NCBI GenBank assembly: GCA_013115145.1
Contig: JAAPAO010000155.1
Coordinates: 1-60,237, forward strand
Length of the DNA stretch: 60,237 nt
DNA from: Perkinsus chesapeaki ATCC PRA-425
Lineage: Eukaryota; Protista; Perkinsozoa
Direction: 5' to 3'
Numbering within the stretch: the first letter of the stretch is position 1; each line of letters opens with the position of its first letter. Shown here piece after piece: positions 36,964 through 49,342 of the stretch. The notes under the pieces are model-generated. The model did not search any database and was not told the DNA's origin. It saw nothing but the letters and a program-made list of their open reading frames with translations. The position numbers and the translations under genes were made by a program.

Positions 36964-39085
36964 CTAGGTGAGACTACACCGAACACGTTTTCGATACTCC
37001 TTCGTTCTAGGAGTTAAGAGTTCGTTCTAGTACGGACATAATAATATTAATAAGGCTCACTTTCCGTTTATAAGGCAGTCTCCAGTGGCTTCAGATGTGC
37101 CATCTTTCCCTCTTATAACAGTAACCTTATCCTTGCCGTTCCCTTCAACAATGCACCTCTCTGCACCGAACTTGCTCTCTCTGCTCATATATACCTATTT
37201 CACCACCTATTCTCGCCCGATGCCTGTATCGATGATTGACTTACCTTTGAAGCCCAAGCGTAAGTCCGAGGTGTAGTAGTGCTTGTGGTGGTTGTGGTGG
37301 TTGTGGTGGTTGTGGTTGTGGTTGTGGTTGTTGTGGTTGTGGTTGTTGTGGTGGTTGTTGTGGTGGTTGTTGTGGTTGTGGTTGTTGTGGTGGTTGTTGT
37401 TGTGGTTGTTGTTGTGGTTGTTGTTGTTGTTGTTGGTTTTTGAGTCTAAACATTGTCTCGTCACATCCCTCACCACGACACCTCCTCCTAAATACTTACC
37501 TCTCTCTTTGGAAACGTGATGGTCAAATCCGAGGATGCCCGGTAAAGCTTCTGAAGCAAGAAACGCTAACCGTTTCCCACTGACGTATCCTCGCGGGCTC
37601 CTCAGGCCTCACTAGAGGCCCTCGGAAGGTAGTACAAGACTCGGAAATTTCGTGATACATGTTTAAACGTCTCTCCTTCCCGTCACACTAGGTACCATTT
37701 CTAAAAACTACAGCTTGCCTATGAAGGGCTAAAAATGAACCAACTCGCGGTGTACGACAAAGCCTACGCTATGTAGCTTTAAAGCCCAGCTCAGAACCGA
37801 TAGCGTGATAGGAAGACTTGCATTTCATGACGGACATCGTGAATTGTAACCCTTTCATCTGCCGTATCAAAGCCGATAGCAGGCAGCTTTTGGATCTGTC
37901 ACCGTTGATCTTTGGACGATGATGACCATGCAGTAATAATTGACAGTGTGTTGCTCCCTCCTGCTGTGTTGCTGCCTATACGTGAGTATTTCTCATAGAG
38001 AGCTCGAGCTTCTATAGTATATATTCTTGTCTCATCATGATCGATTCGAATCAATCACTCATGAGGAGCATCGACAGCATATTCACACTAGTAGTTTAGC
38101 TAGTTTTGTGCCAGGCTAGTTTACATTTTAGCAGCAACTCTGAACTAGCAGCGCCGACCTCAGTGATACTTACCGGTGTAGTCGTGGTCACTTCTGGAGG
38201 CTCTATCGTGGTTGCCGTTGTTGTCTGAAACGATCGCATGCCTTAACACTAATTGCAAGGGTAATGTGAATTGAGAGCTTGCTATTGGTTAGCTCAGCCC
38301 CGGCTTAATCACACCGCACGAAGTGAAGGTCAGGCTCTAGCTCACCGTTAGATCGTCGAAGCTCCAGTCGGAAACCTCATCAAACTTAACCTAATGATAA
38401 GATTACGATGACAAGATACGATTACTTACTCTCGGGGGTGTTGGATTAATTTCTGATGACTTCCGAACAGGTACCTGAGAAACCCGCGCTGTAGCCCTAA
38501 GAACAATCGAGGTGGGATCTCCCACGTGCACTGTTGTGGTCGGTGATTCATCATCCGGCTCTCCAGTGGTGGTTGTCTGAAAGGACCATTGCTCTCAACC
38601 CGGTCATGCAAACGTCAAACGCGAACGTCGATGCGGCGTCACAACCGATTTCCAATACCTTGGAAATCGTCCCTAGGAGGCTGCGCGTAGATTGACTTGC
38701 CCACGTAAACTTTTCAAACTTTTCAGCGAAAATTTTTTCTGCACAAGTGGCGGGCTGAATTCCGAACGCGAGTCCAAAATTGGGGATCGTAAGTGTCTTC
38801 CCACTGTGATTTGCCGATGTCTGTTGCTATATCTCCATTGTTCAAGTCGTCGCAATATTTCCCAACTATGTTTCAATCGTTCTTGTCCGTATTGGTCCTC
38901 CTCGGCGATACTCTCTTCACAGCCGCAACTACTAACACAACCACAGCAGCATCCTCCATCTCCTCCTCCACAACCTGTTTGCCTGAAAATAAAGAAAATG
39001 AGAAATGCGACAAGTGATGTACTTACAAGGTAATCAAGAGCGCCAAAGCTAAACATAAAAGTGCTTTCGATAGGAATCCTAACAT
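36964..39085 (-). CDS. Putative secreted or anchored mucin-like protein with Cys-rich N-terminus and a 50-Thr exon (37245-37445); exon chain partly inferred
   Basis: ATG at 39085 gives MLGFLSKALLCLALALLITL|QTGCGGGDGGCCCGCVSSCGC. Thr-rich exons (TTTTGEPDDESPTTT, TTTATTIEPPEVTTTTP, KLYRASSDLTITFPKRE, TQKP-T50-STTTPRTYAWASK) are bounded by ag/gtaagt sites. It could be two genes. Confidence 0.5.
37283..37436. repeat. (TGT/GGT)n trinucleotide repeat, read as ACA/ACC Thr codons on the minus strand
   Basis: Directly visible. Confidence 0.95.
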
Positions 39086-39749
39086 ATTATTAAAAAAGGG
39101 GCCTAAAAGATATTCCAACAATGATCAACCTTGATGATGAATTGAAGCAAAGTTGTAGGAAAGAACCTCTACCCAACGTGGTTAGATACTTATCGATGAC
39201 AATGAACAGATTAGATGTCTCCCAAATGATGAACAGGAAGCTTTCGATTTGTTAATTATTCTATCAAATGTTGCAAGGGATGGAACGATGGTCGGATTAT
39301 GAAGCCTCAAGATGTCGCCGAATTCTGACCGAGTTCGTGCAAGTGTCCCCTAGTTTGTTGTAGCTGTTGCCTCGTCGCGTCCACTTCAATCCCAATAACA
39401 AAACACACAGGGGGAAGTGTATAAGACAGTGATGGTGGCAACATGGATGCAGCAGCAGCACATACTGTGATGAACAAACTTAGACTGTTCAAGATGAACT
39501 AAAATATGTTTTACAAACAGCGGCAGCAAATGCTGCTTTCTCTTGATTAGTCGATGCTAGTGTACCAAGTACTATACCACAGCCATCACCCCTCGCCATC
39601 GATGCAGCCGTGGACTGTGGTGCTGTTGCTGTGCTTAGACTCGACCCTCTGAGGTACGAAAAACACCAAATGAGGCACGGTTTGCTATGCATTATTTTCA
39701 AAAGAGTAGGGCGACTCCTTCCTTAATAACATTTGGAAACTCTTCCCCT

Positions 39750-42050
39750 AGATCACAAAACAATTTAGAAAACGAAGTGGGCGACACGAAAGAAGGCCGG
39801 CGAACCTCCAGCATCTTCACTCCGGCCGAGAACCCTCCAATACAATACTATTTCGCCGACGATATTGCCGATGATCGGGAGAGGTCTCGAGTGGAGCTGT
39901 ATTTTCATTACACAAAATAGCCAAGAATGCGCCAGCGAAGAAAATGCAAGCATCGATTGAAATGAACACCTCAAGCCAGTTCAACATGAAACACTACAGC
40001 TCTTGACACTGTCAGACTGCCCACAAGGGAATCTGGTACGCCTTCAAGAGCCGCCGTTCACATTTGATGTCTGTTGTTTGCATGCCTCAACTCAGTTCTG
40101 CAGCCTCCTCGTCAAGTCCTCTAGAAAATAAACCTTTCAATGCCGAGTGTTGAAATATTGACTGGAAGTCCGCGAAAAATTTCCTCTCCAACATATCAAG
40201 TCAGACCGAGGCGGGTCTAGGGTCATCAATCGTATCAGTTACACCGCCGGCGAATCTCCAATAGCCTACCTGCATCCTGTCTGCGAGAGCTTCACCTCCG
40301 TTCCAGTTCGAGCCACTGAGAACGTCACACCATCAGATTGGAAGTAGCACGAAAGGGTGCCTGCTCCACGACGAAGATTTGCACCCATCTCCGTCTACAA
40401 ACAAACAAAAACATAAAACGCGCCACGCTTCGCTCCGCCTTCCCCTTACCGCAGTCTGATTGGTCTTGCTCATGGAAGGGCCTCTCACAATGCCTGGGGC
40501 TGGAGTAGGCAGGGGCTGCTGAAAAAGAAAAGCAGCATGTAAAATTTTATCTCGCGGTTGTTGACTGTTAAAGACTTCGCATCCTTGTTGAAGGTGTAAA
40601 GTACTATACGATATGTATTAGCAACTAAGGCGGTATATGATAACTATAATAATAAATGTCAAAGAAATGAACCGCCGCGGATTGAACCTCCCGCCGTCTC
40701 GACTAAAAGACCGATGATGACACATCTGCAAACATCGACACTCGAGACAAGCAGTAGCCTACCGAGAGTGTGAGACAGGAGTGTAGAGCCGTGCTGCTTA
40801 CCCGACCATTAACGGGTGTCGAATATCCCCGTCTCGCCAACTCCTCTTGCTCCCTCCTCGCCTCTTCTGCCCTCCTTAATCGTTCTGCTTCTTGTCGCCT
40901 CCACAGTTCCCTCAAATAGTCACTTTGTATCTTTTGCAGCCCCCTCCTAGTGAAATCTTCAGCGTTCTGCTCATCCGGTTGCATCTCTCTCAACTGAGGA
41001 TCTCGGCACACATCCGAAGTGAACATGTCCGGAGAGACTTCCGAAGATACTCTGCCAGGAGCCAGGAACTGGGCCAGACCGGCGCCGCAATGCCAAGACT
41101 TAGCAGCTTCCTCCAACCTGGCCTTCTTATCATAAGGAATGGAGATCCTTTTCGACCTGAGCAGTAATGACCGTGCTCGAATGCTAATTGAAGTTCTATA
41201 AAGGGAAATCGCCGCAGAGTCCAAAACACTTTTAAAGTAGCCCTTCCCATCCTTAACATGATTTCACACAATCTTCATCCACGAGTAACTCTGGCTGACT
41301 CACCCTTGGCTTCCTTTGCATCGCACTTCAAGCGAAAAGATATTCCTTTGACCATTTGGAGTTGAGTACGCCTCCCTAGTAAGCTTCACAAATGGCTTAG
41401 AGGAGGAGTCAGTAGGGGTCATTGCCGATATGATACAAGATGACCCCGAAGAAATAACCTGGAAGACAGATCATAGGCCCAGCTACCAACGGCCCCACCC
41501 TCCACAAATGACCATTCACAGAAGCCATAACTCTTCTGTTTTGTAGGAGTGATGATGTTTCTAATCGAACGACGCAACGAAATAGAATATCTCGTATTTT
41601 TACGATTTCTCACTCAACATTCACCACTATAAAGTAGTGCTGTTTGAAATAGATTAATGATATCCGTAATCGAGTACCAAACGAATAAAACGACCCTCGT
41701 TGAGTTGACCATTCCCAACCATTCCATAAGATATAATTTGACCAACGAAGTTCCCCCGACCTCACTTGAGTTTGCCACTGGACTTCACCATTCTCAGGTA
41801 GGTTGGTCGTGCATATATAGCTGATTGCATAACCAACATTGGACACTCCATCTGGCACGAACTCCGTCAAAGCATCTGTACAGCTTTTGGCTCCGCTAAT
41901 CCCCCTCATCACATCTGGTCTGATGCGGAGGGTCAGTAAACTGAGGGGCAAAACCATCTCGCGAACCACTGAGGAGCAGCCAGCTCCCCAAGCGAGTTCA
42001 TGCGCGCGTGTGGATGCATAAAATATAGAATAACGCTCGCGCCAGTATGA
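39750..42050 (-). CDS. Multi-exon hypothetical protein with a charged coiled-coil segment (LWRRQEAERLRRAEEARREQEE); boundaries approximate
   Basis: ORFs 41610-42089 and 40703-41224, plus in-frame small exons (QPLPTPAPGIVRGPSMSKTNQTA|TEMGANLRR...). Confidence 0.45.
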
Positions 42051-42504
42051 CGTTAAAAGTAAGCTTGCTATCTTTAAATTAGGTAACACTATTAATCAGG
42101 CTTTGTCCTTATCATTTATCCCAGTAGTGTGTGCTATCCATATGAGTTAATTAGTCTCGTAATCATTTTCAGATTCCGAAGATCATCTTGTATGATCTTC
42201 TTTATCATCACCAACTTATGACTACCAATACTCGGCCACGAGCCACACACAGTGGTTCGCAAAAAGCGGAATGAATCACATCAATGTGTTCGATTCCACC
42301 ACTTTTCCGCCCAAACCAAATTCCAGCGGCTCCATAAAGGAAGTTTTCGGCGCCAACCGAGGCCATACGGCATATCGATTTTTTTTCTATACCGACAGTG
42401 GTTCCCCCAACCTACGGCTTCTTCTGCTGGTCTATTCCAGTATGGATGTGGCACCTAGCCTCAGCTTCAACTCTGCTGCCCTGTGACCGCGGGTAGACCG
42501 TCAC

Positions 42505-43100
42505 TTCCTGCAATCTTCCACGACTGTCTGCAATGCGACATTTCCTTTCGTCGAGAAGTCCCTGAGGGCCTCAATGACAGCTGTTGAAAAACACAAGTTC
42601 AGACACATTTTCGGTGCGTGAGAATTACCAATAATTATTAAATTCATAATTTACTATTCAAATTTATCGAATAACAAAGCTCTCCTCAGCTACGTAGCTT
42701 ACGTCCTTCTTCGCATCTTCGAGCCATTTAGGCAGCAGTATATCCCTACCGCAAACATCTTTGATAGCGTCCTCGAGACGGTCAACATTATCCCTCGGAA
42801 TCCAGCTGTGAATAAGCTGGTTGCAATCGAGGCGACCGTTAAGCTTCAACATCTCCCTGCCGAGATCTTGAACTTTCTTCGGAGTCTTGATTCGGAATAT
42901 CCTGACATGGGCAATCTATGTAACGTTATTTCATCAATGATAATGAGTAGAGGAGTTGCTTTTGTTCACTATAGTAATAGTACAGCAATCTTCACACAGC
43001 GGCGCTGCAAGGTGACATCGAGAGTGTCATCGCGTATCACGGTAGGGTTTTTTATGAAGGACCATCACAAGTTTCATGAGTGCTTGCGAGGGAGTGTCCA
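42505..43100 (-). pseudogene. Short hypothetical gene or pseudogene with an apparent frameshift near 43050, directly next to the MITE
   Basis: Exon-like IAHVRIFRIKTPKKVQDLGREMLKL...WLEDAKKD|AVIEALRDF...CRK*. An A6 run breaks the upstream frame. Confidence 0.3.
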
Positions 43101-43118
43101 ACTTTCAAGACCGGTTTA

Positions 43119-43416
43119 TAAACCTCGTTACAAAAGAATAGAACATCACATAATTTTCGAATATTTCCTTCAATTTAAGGAATTTTGTTGAAGTTTCTTT
43201 GACAGTTAAGCCTCTAGTTCTATAATTTTGTAACCGCGCAATTTCCGGCAGTTTCACGGAAATTTACTGGGCGAGCGAGAAATACCTCGCTGGCACATCT
43301 GCCATGATTTATACACTCTAGAGGCTTAACTGTCAAAGAAACATCAACAAACTCCTTAAATTGAAGGAAATATTCGAAAATTATGTGGTGTTCTATTATT
43401 TTGTAACGGGGTTTAG
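43119..43416. mobile_element. MITE-like element: about 99-bp terminal inverted repeats, about 100-bp spacer, flanking TA dinucleotides
   Basis: 43119-43217 is the reverse complement of 43318-43416 with few mismatches. TA at 43117-43118 and 43417-43418. Confidence 0.75.
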
Positions 43417-43606
43417 TACTCTTCACATTTCATCGACAATACAGAATTGCGGCGAAAAACAGTCAACTAAAAGTATTGCCTGAGTCCACGATAATAACAC
43501 TGCGCTCTTAGAGCCCGCTAAGTGTGCTGTTGTTCTACCCGAAAAGAGCTAATACTAAAGGTGACCGTTACTCCATAAACCTAGTATTATACAAAGCCGC
43601 TCCCTG

Positions 43607-46600
43607 CTAGTTCCTAGGCTTTCTGTCTGAGCTGAGGACCGCTACGTCCCCATTCTGTATCGTCGATTCTATCCCCTCATGCACCAACGGCCGTTCAATC
43701 ATCAGTGTCCCCACTCTCCCAGGCGTGAAGTAGACTGCTATTGAAGAGTTCAGAGATTGGATTGTCAAATCGTTGGTGATGATTAAGTCATCACCAATGG
43801 TTACGCCTATGCCACTACATTCCAATAACTCTGCTGCCATACCGAACATGTACTATCGACAAAGACCTCCACATGTGCTCCTCACCTCTCCCTGCCTCCT
43901 TTCCTTTGCCGGTTCGGACAGTTGCCATTTGTAATTACAGTATCACCTTCAACAACTAGCTCTACTCTAGTCGATATCCTTGGCTCCTTTAATACACACT
44001 TAGAAGACAAAGCTTCAACCTGACAACGATAATACCACCAACGACAGCCCTTCTCAGAGCCGTTCCACAATGTAACCAACTAGAACATTTGTAGTTCTAT
44101 ATGCGACAGTAAAAGCAACACAGATATGAAGCAGCTCCACGAAGTCCATTTGAGATGCCCTTGAGATTCCCGGGACCAAGCGGCTTGCCTCATCAGGCGA
44201 CAGAATCATCTCCCACAAATGCCACCCGGACCGCTTTTTTTCACCCACTGCCATTGGACATACCAACACTTAGCGGGGAGAGACAATTTCAGGAAAATCC
44301 CGGCCGCCGACTTGATTATTTTCCGACAATAGGGAGTGTATTATCCTCGGCTTCAACGAGATAATGCAAGGAAGAGAGCTAAGGTTATCTATTACTTATC
44401 ACAGCCACTAACAGTTGAGGTTACTATGTACCCCAACTGGTATTATACATGTGGTAATGGTATTATACATGTGGTAATGGTATTATACATGTGGTAATGG
44501 TATTATACATGTGGTAATGGTATTATACATGTGGTAAGGTTGCAATTGTCCGAGATTGATGGAATATCTAAACCGATCAGCACTATTTCTATGTATGAGC
44601 AGCAACAGATTATTAAGATTTATATTTACTGGATACCAACTATAAGTATCATACGCACTCGACAGGGTGAATAACTTAGAGATAAGTCAAGGTTCGCACT
44701 TCTTCAAGGAATTGAACCCAACAACAAGCGGCAGCAGCATTCCTCATCTCACCTTAGCCTCTCTCATCCCTTTCTTCCACCAATCTGGCGTGCCCACATT
44801 CTCACATGCCCACTTCACGATGTTATCCCTCCTAGTATCCACAGCGGTCGAATACCTCATCGCCAATGGCTCGCATTTCATAGAGTCATCTCCGCTGCTC
44901 TCAGCAAACGTAACTACTTCCTTCGGAGCCTCCTCCTCTACTTTAACTTCTTTCCTACACCACTCATGTGACCCCACACTGATAGACCTTCTCAACAACT
45001 CACCCCAGCTTCCAGCATTTGCCTTCTATTTTAACACCTTCCCTAGTCTTCACTATACTTATAATATCCTTTGACCTCGGGTCTGTATACTCGCACCACT
45101 CTCTTCCAGGAATCTTCTGAGCTCGAATCTGCCAAAGATGCTTGAAAAATATCAATTATGCGATCCCCACCTCATCGGCCCATCTGTACGACTTCGGCGT
45201 TGTAGCCTGAAAGGTCCAGTACAGGTCCAACTTTATTATTCCAGACGTTTGGATGACACTTACCGTGGGCGTCGGTGTTGTTAATGAGCTCGACATCTGA
45301 GAAAAAATTATCATTTTGGAGAACTATGAGCAAATCATTCGAGAAGGTAACCAATATAATTGCCACTCGGCCACTGTGGGCGAGCTACTCTACACACGGA
45401 GGAGCCAATGCGAGACTTGAATTTATAGTCATTTTATAACAGTAATAGTAATATAATTGATCACTCCTCACAATCCAGCAATAATGGTGCATGCAATTCA
45501 AAATAAAAACCCAAAACCCAAAACCCAAACCCTAGATTTCGATAGCTGAACACAATGTGCTCTCTTCTGCCCTAGTATTACCCGTTCTATCGGCCTCGTT
45601 GTGGTGGAGGGATCAATCACCGATGAAGCCTGAGAAAATGAGCGCCAAGTTTAACCACATATTAGTAAACCATGCTCCTCAACAAAATAGAATAATCTTC
45701 ACCAAAAGTCTATAGAAGTTTCCGATCGCATAATACCGTCCAGCCGGGAATATCCAATTTGTAATCTCGCAGCTGCCTCAATGCTCAGACACTCATGATT
45801 TAATGAATCTTATGTAGCTGTGCGCATTTCTACCAAACTGTGTAGTTACGTGCAGGAAAGTAGGTTCTCTGGGACTGTCCAATAGACCTCTGTTCCGACT
45901 TTCACTTGCACTCCCAGCAGCGCCTCTTATATGTTAAATCCAAGCCTAGAAGCGCTTCTCAACTTTAGGAGAGCTCCATTGAATACCCTGTCTACGTGTA
46001 ATCTATTTATATAAAATATCTAAGTCCCATTATTCTCACCATTAGTTACACAAACTGCCTCAACAAACCGTGAGACTCTACAAGGCGTTCGTGACGTAAA
46101 ATCATCCCCGGCAGAAACAAATCAGATAGATGAGAAGTTACATCCTCCCCCCAAACAATAAAAGATACTTTTCCTACATTTGTAAAACCCTTAAGAGTAT
46201 CACAATTTCCCATGTCACTCCATTCCACTATGCTTGTTGCTACTTACTAATAATCAATACACTATTACAATGATAACAACTACTTAATTACACTACCGCC
46301 CCGCGTGCCCCACACCATTCAACTCTGTCCACATACCCCCTTCTCACCCTCTCATCAACCGCCTTCGTAGTAGTTCTCGGTCTAACTGTAGTAACTTGCT
46401 CAATAACCGTCGGCTTTCGTGGAGTCACAAAGTCGTCAACCTGTAAAACATCCGGTCCATTTTCGCGCCGACAATCCGCCCAAGTCGAACCCATACCAAA
46501 TCGTCCATTAAATTCACTTTCTCAAACAGCCTGGCGAATCTATCCTTGTCATAATATCTTGATGAACTTTCGCGCTCGCCCTGGTAATCGATTTCATCTT

Positions 46601-48458
46601 CACTGGCAGCCTCGCTACACGGGCATTGACTGCAGCAGCAAGAGCCACCGCATCCACCACAGCCAGATAGACTGAAAAATCTTCACAGTGCGCAAAGATA
46701 CTTTCGAAACAGCGAAGCTTACTTGATCGAGATTGAAAATGCAGCAACAGCTGCGAAGGTGTGGTGAAAAGTCACGCGCATCAAAAAGGGGCCTAACTGA
46801 ACTTTTCCCACTTGTAAAATTCCCTCCGAAAAAAACGTTCAACTTTTAATTTCCGGGGGACAGCTTACCGCCCCCTGCAATCGAAAGTATTAAACAACAG
46901 TTACGGTTTCCCGAGAGTGTTTGCCGAATGAGCCTAGATGAGGAGGCTGCTGCCAGCTCCAAAATGGTCATGAAAATATCTTCCCTGCCGGAACGCCAAA
47001 CATCAGCACCATCCTTCGAGACCAGCAGTGTTGCCAATAAGATTCATTATCAACGGTTGCCAATAAGATTCATTATCAACGGTTGCCAGTAAAATTCATT
47101 ATCAACGGTTGCCAATAAGATTCATTATCAACGGTTGCCAGTAAGATTCATTATCAACGGTTGCCAATAAGATTCATTATCAACGGTTGCCAATAAGATT
47201 CATTATCAACGGTTGCCAATAAGATTCATTATCAACGGTTGCCAATAATATTCATTATCAACGGTTGCCAATAAGATTCATTATCAACGGTTTGACATCC
47301 TATATGATACAGAGAACTTATTCCGAACCCTCCACTTGCCGAGAATCACAAGCGCAACAATCGGTTGTCATAACACTCCACATCAGCTGCCATCTATTCA
47401 ACACTTCCCTTCTTCGTTCTCATCAAATCGTAGCGCGGAAAAATCAGAAATCTCAATTAATATTCAATATTATAATTACTAAGGATGGCTATTTAAAATT
47501 ATCAACGTTGAGCAATACCTCCTCCCGTCGCCAGTTTAACAGAAAGTTTATTAGGAGACCGCCCCAAGTGCCTTTCTATCCATGCAGTTTTTACCGCCTA
47601 ATAAGCAACTTTCTATAAAGTGGAATCCTAACCCCTGACTGGTTCTCCTCTCCACTATCTCTAGTGTTCATTGAGTAACACAAAGTTCTGTCCCCATAAC
47701 ACAGACGTATCTTACCGTTTCACCCGGCATAACATGGATAATGTCGCACTGTGAAGATTCTATCTATACATGAAGCATCTTCTTATCGTTCTTAACCACC
47801 ATAAGATTATCGTCTTCATCCTGAAACCATGAAATAGATTTAAACGACGAGGCGAAAACGGAAATCTAGCTCCTGTCGAATGACTTCAAGAGGGATTTAC
47901 CAACCCCTATATGACAAACTTCAACAGGATCTGGCTTATACTCGGGTGCCCCATTTATCAGCCATATTCTCGTTTAAGTTCTCATCTTGACATACTATTA
48001 ATTCATTATTGATAAATAATGATGAATCTCTATCATTTGTTCTATTTTATTGCTACATATTAATATCTATTACTAACTATATATAATCACAATTTGACCT
48101 GTACATTCTCCTATAGCCGATCTAGATCGATCCATATAAGTTGCACCCACGCGTAATGCCAGTTGAGCAGGCCTGTACGTCCTATTTATCTTTCAGTCAT
48201 ATTAAATACGTAATTCCTACGCTTCTCTGACCCATACCGCTCTCGCCATTTAACCCCTTGAATTGCAGCACGTACCTCTAGTCCCTCAGACACCTTATAG
48301 CTGTATGTCCGCGATTTCCTGTTTCCCACCGGACCGTCCATTTCCAGTATCATCTTTCCCAATCTTTCTTTGCCAGATGAGTCAATGGCTTCCTGCTGCT
48401 CTTCTAGTTCAGCCAGGCGAGTGCCATCTACAAGATGCCCCTCCGGTGGGCTCGGCAT
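43607..48458 (-). CDS. Highly divergent multi-exon gene or pseudogene, possibly kinesin-3-like (motor remnants plus FHA-like segment)
   Basis: Fragments SSRLIRQTLSGNRNCCLILSI, VELVVEGDTVITNG and IGDDLII...IQNGDVAVL occur in the expected order. No intact P-loop, SSRSH or DLAGSE motif was found. Confidence 0.3.
44438..44537. repeat. 20-bp minisatellite (tattatacatgtggtaatgg) x5
   Basis: Exact tandem copies. Confidence 0.97.
47030..47292. repeat. 26-bp minisatellite (gttgccaataagattcattatcaacg) x about 10
   Basis: Period of 26 (starts at 47030, 47056, 47082...), few variants, no spacers. Confidence 0.97.
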
Positions 48459-49236
48459 ATGCTTGTGATTGCAGCAGCAACCACAACCACTTAACCTGGA
48501 GTCAAAGATATGCTTTCATTACCATCTTCACGTTATTCTTTTCATGAAAAAAGAATTCATTCATATTCATTTCATCTGTTATTCCTTCATGAAGCAGAGA
48601 GACTAATCATTTTTATCTGTTGTAAACATTTTTCACAGTTGCCTTGTGTCCCCAGTAGCGCCAAGTAGATCATCACAACAATTCCGACGAAGCGCCCGTC
48701 ACAGGTTCTCAAAGCTGGAAGTCAGAGAGTCGTATAGGAGGGCCAAACGGAAGTGTCCCAGAAGGAGTGTATTTGATCTCGATTTGAGACTCTCAAACAT
48801 CTCTTTAATCAGAAAATTCGTATTATACCTGCGCAATACGAAACATCCTCGACACTCGTGGTGCTAGATAATCCAATGCTAACTGGCAGTCCTAATGAAA
48901 GTCTATTATAAAAACACTACCATCAGAAAGTCTGTCGGCATGGCATGTAGCTTTTATATCTTTTTTGATACATAAATCGAACTAGGAAAACGCTCCAGGA
49001 AAGATGTGAAAGGTACGCCAATAACCTCGCATAAGCTACTACTAGCAGCTTCACGTCCTCAAAGGACTACTCCTGGAATTGCCGCGTTCGTCCTCGAGCA
49101 TTTCATAAGAGCGACAAAATCCTCGATATTTATCTCACGGCGCAAATACAGTCTCACTTAGCCAAGGACACTGTGGAGGCATACACTAGTTAGTTTGACA
49201 AATGCATGGTTTCTATGTCGCCAAGGCAGTCCCAAT

Positions 49237-49342
49237 GTTCATTAAACCAATTCCGAGATTCAGAATCGATTCCAGCATCGCATTTTACGTGTAAAAAGCA
49301 GTTCTGGAATCGATTCTGAATTTCAAAATCGGTTTATTGAAC
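49237..49342. other. About 105-nt foldback (imperfect inverted repeat)
   Basis: gttcattaaaccaattccgagattcagaatcgattccag pairs with ctggaatcgattctgaatttcaaaatcggtttattgaac. Inner gcattttac/gtaaaaagc also pairs. Confidence 0.85.

Noticed and set aside
37207-37519. Poly-Q/P, poly-N/H and poly-W/L ORFs in the track
   Set aside because: Alternative readings of the microsatellite; splice sites support the poly-Thr frame.
40668-40720. tRNA-Lys-like fragment on the minus strand (CTTTTAG...GGTTCAATC)
   Set aside because: No D-arm or acceptor stem, and it overlaps probable exon sequence.
42780-42900. NADAR/YbiA-like motif (IKTPKKVQDLGR)
   Set aside because: The other NADAR motifs are absent.
47030-47292. 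CRISPR-like array
   Set aside because: Repeats are contiguous with no unique spacers, there are no cas genes, and the context is eukaryotic.
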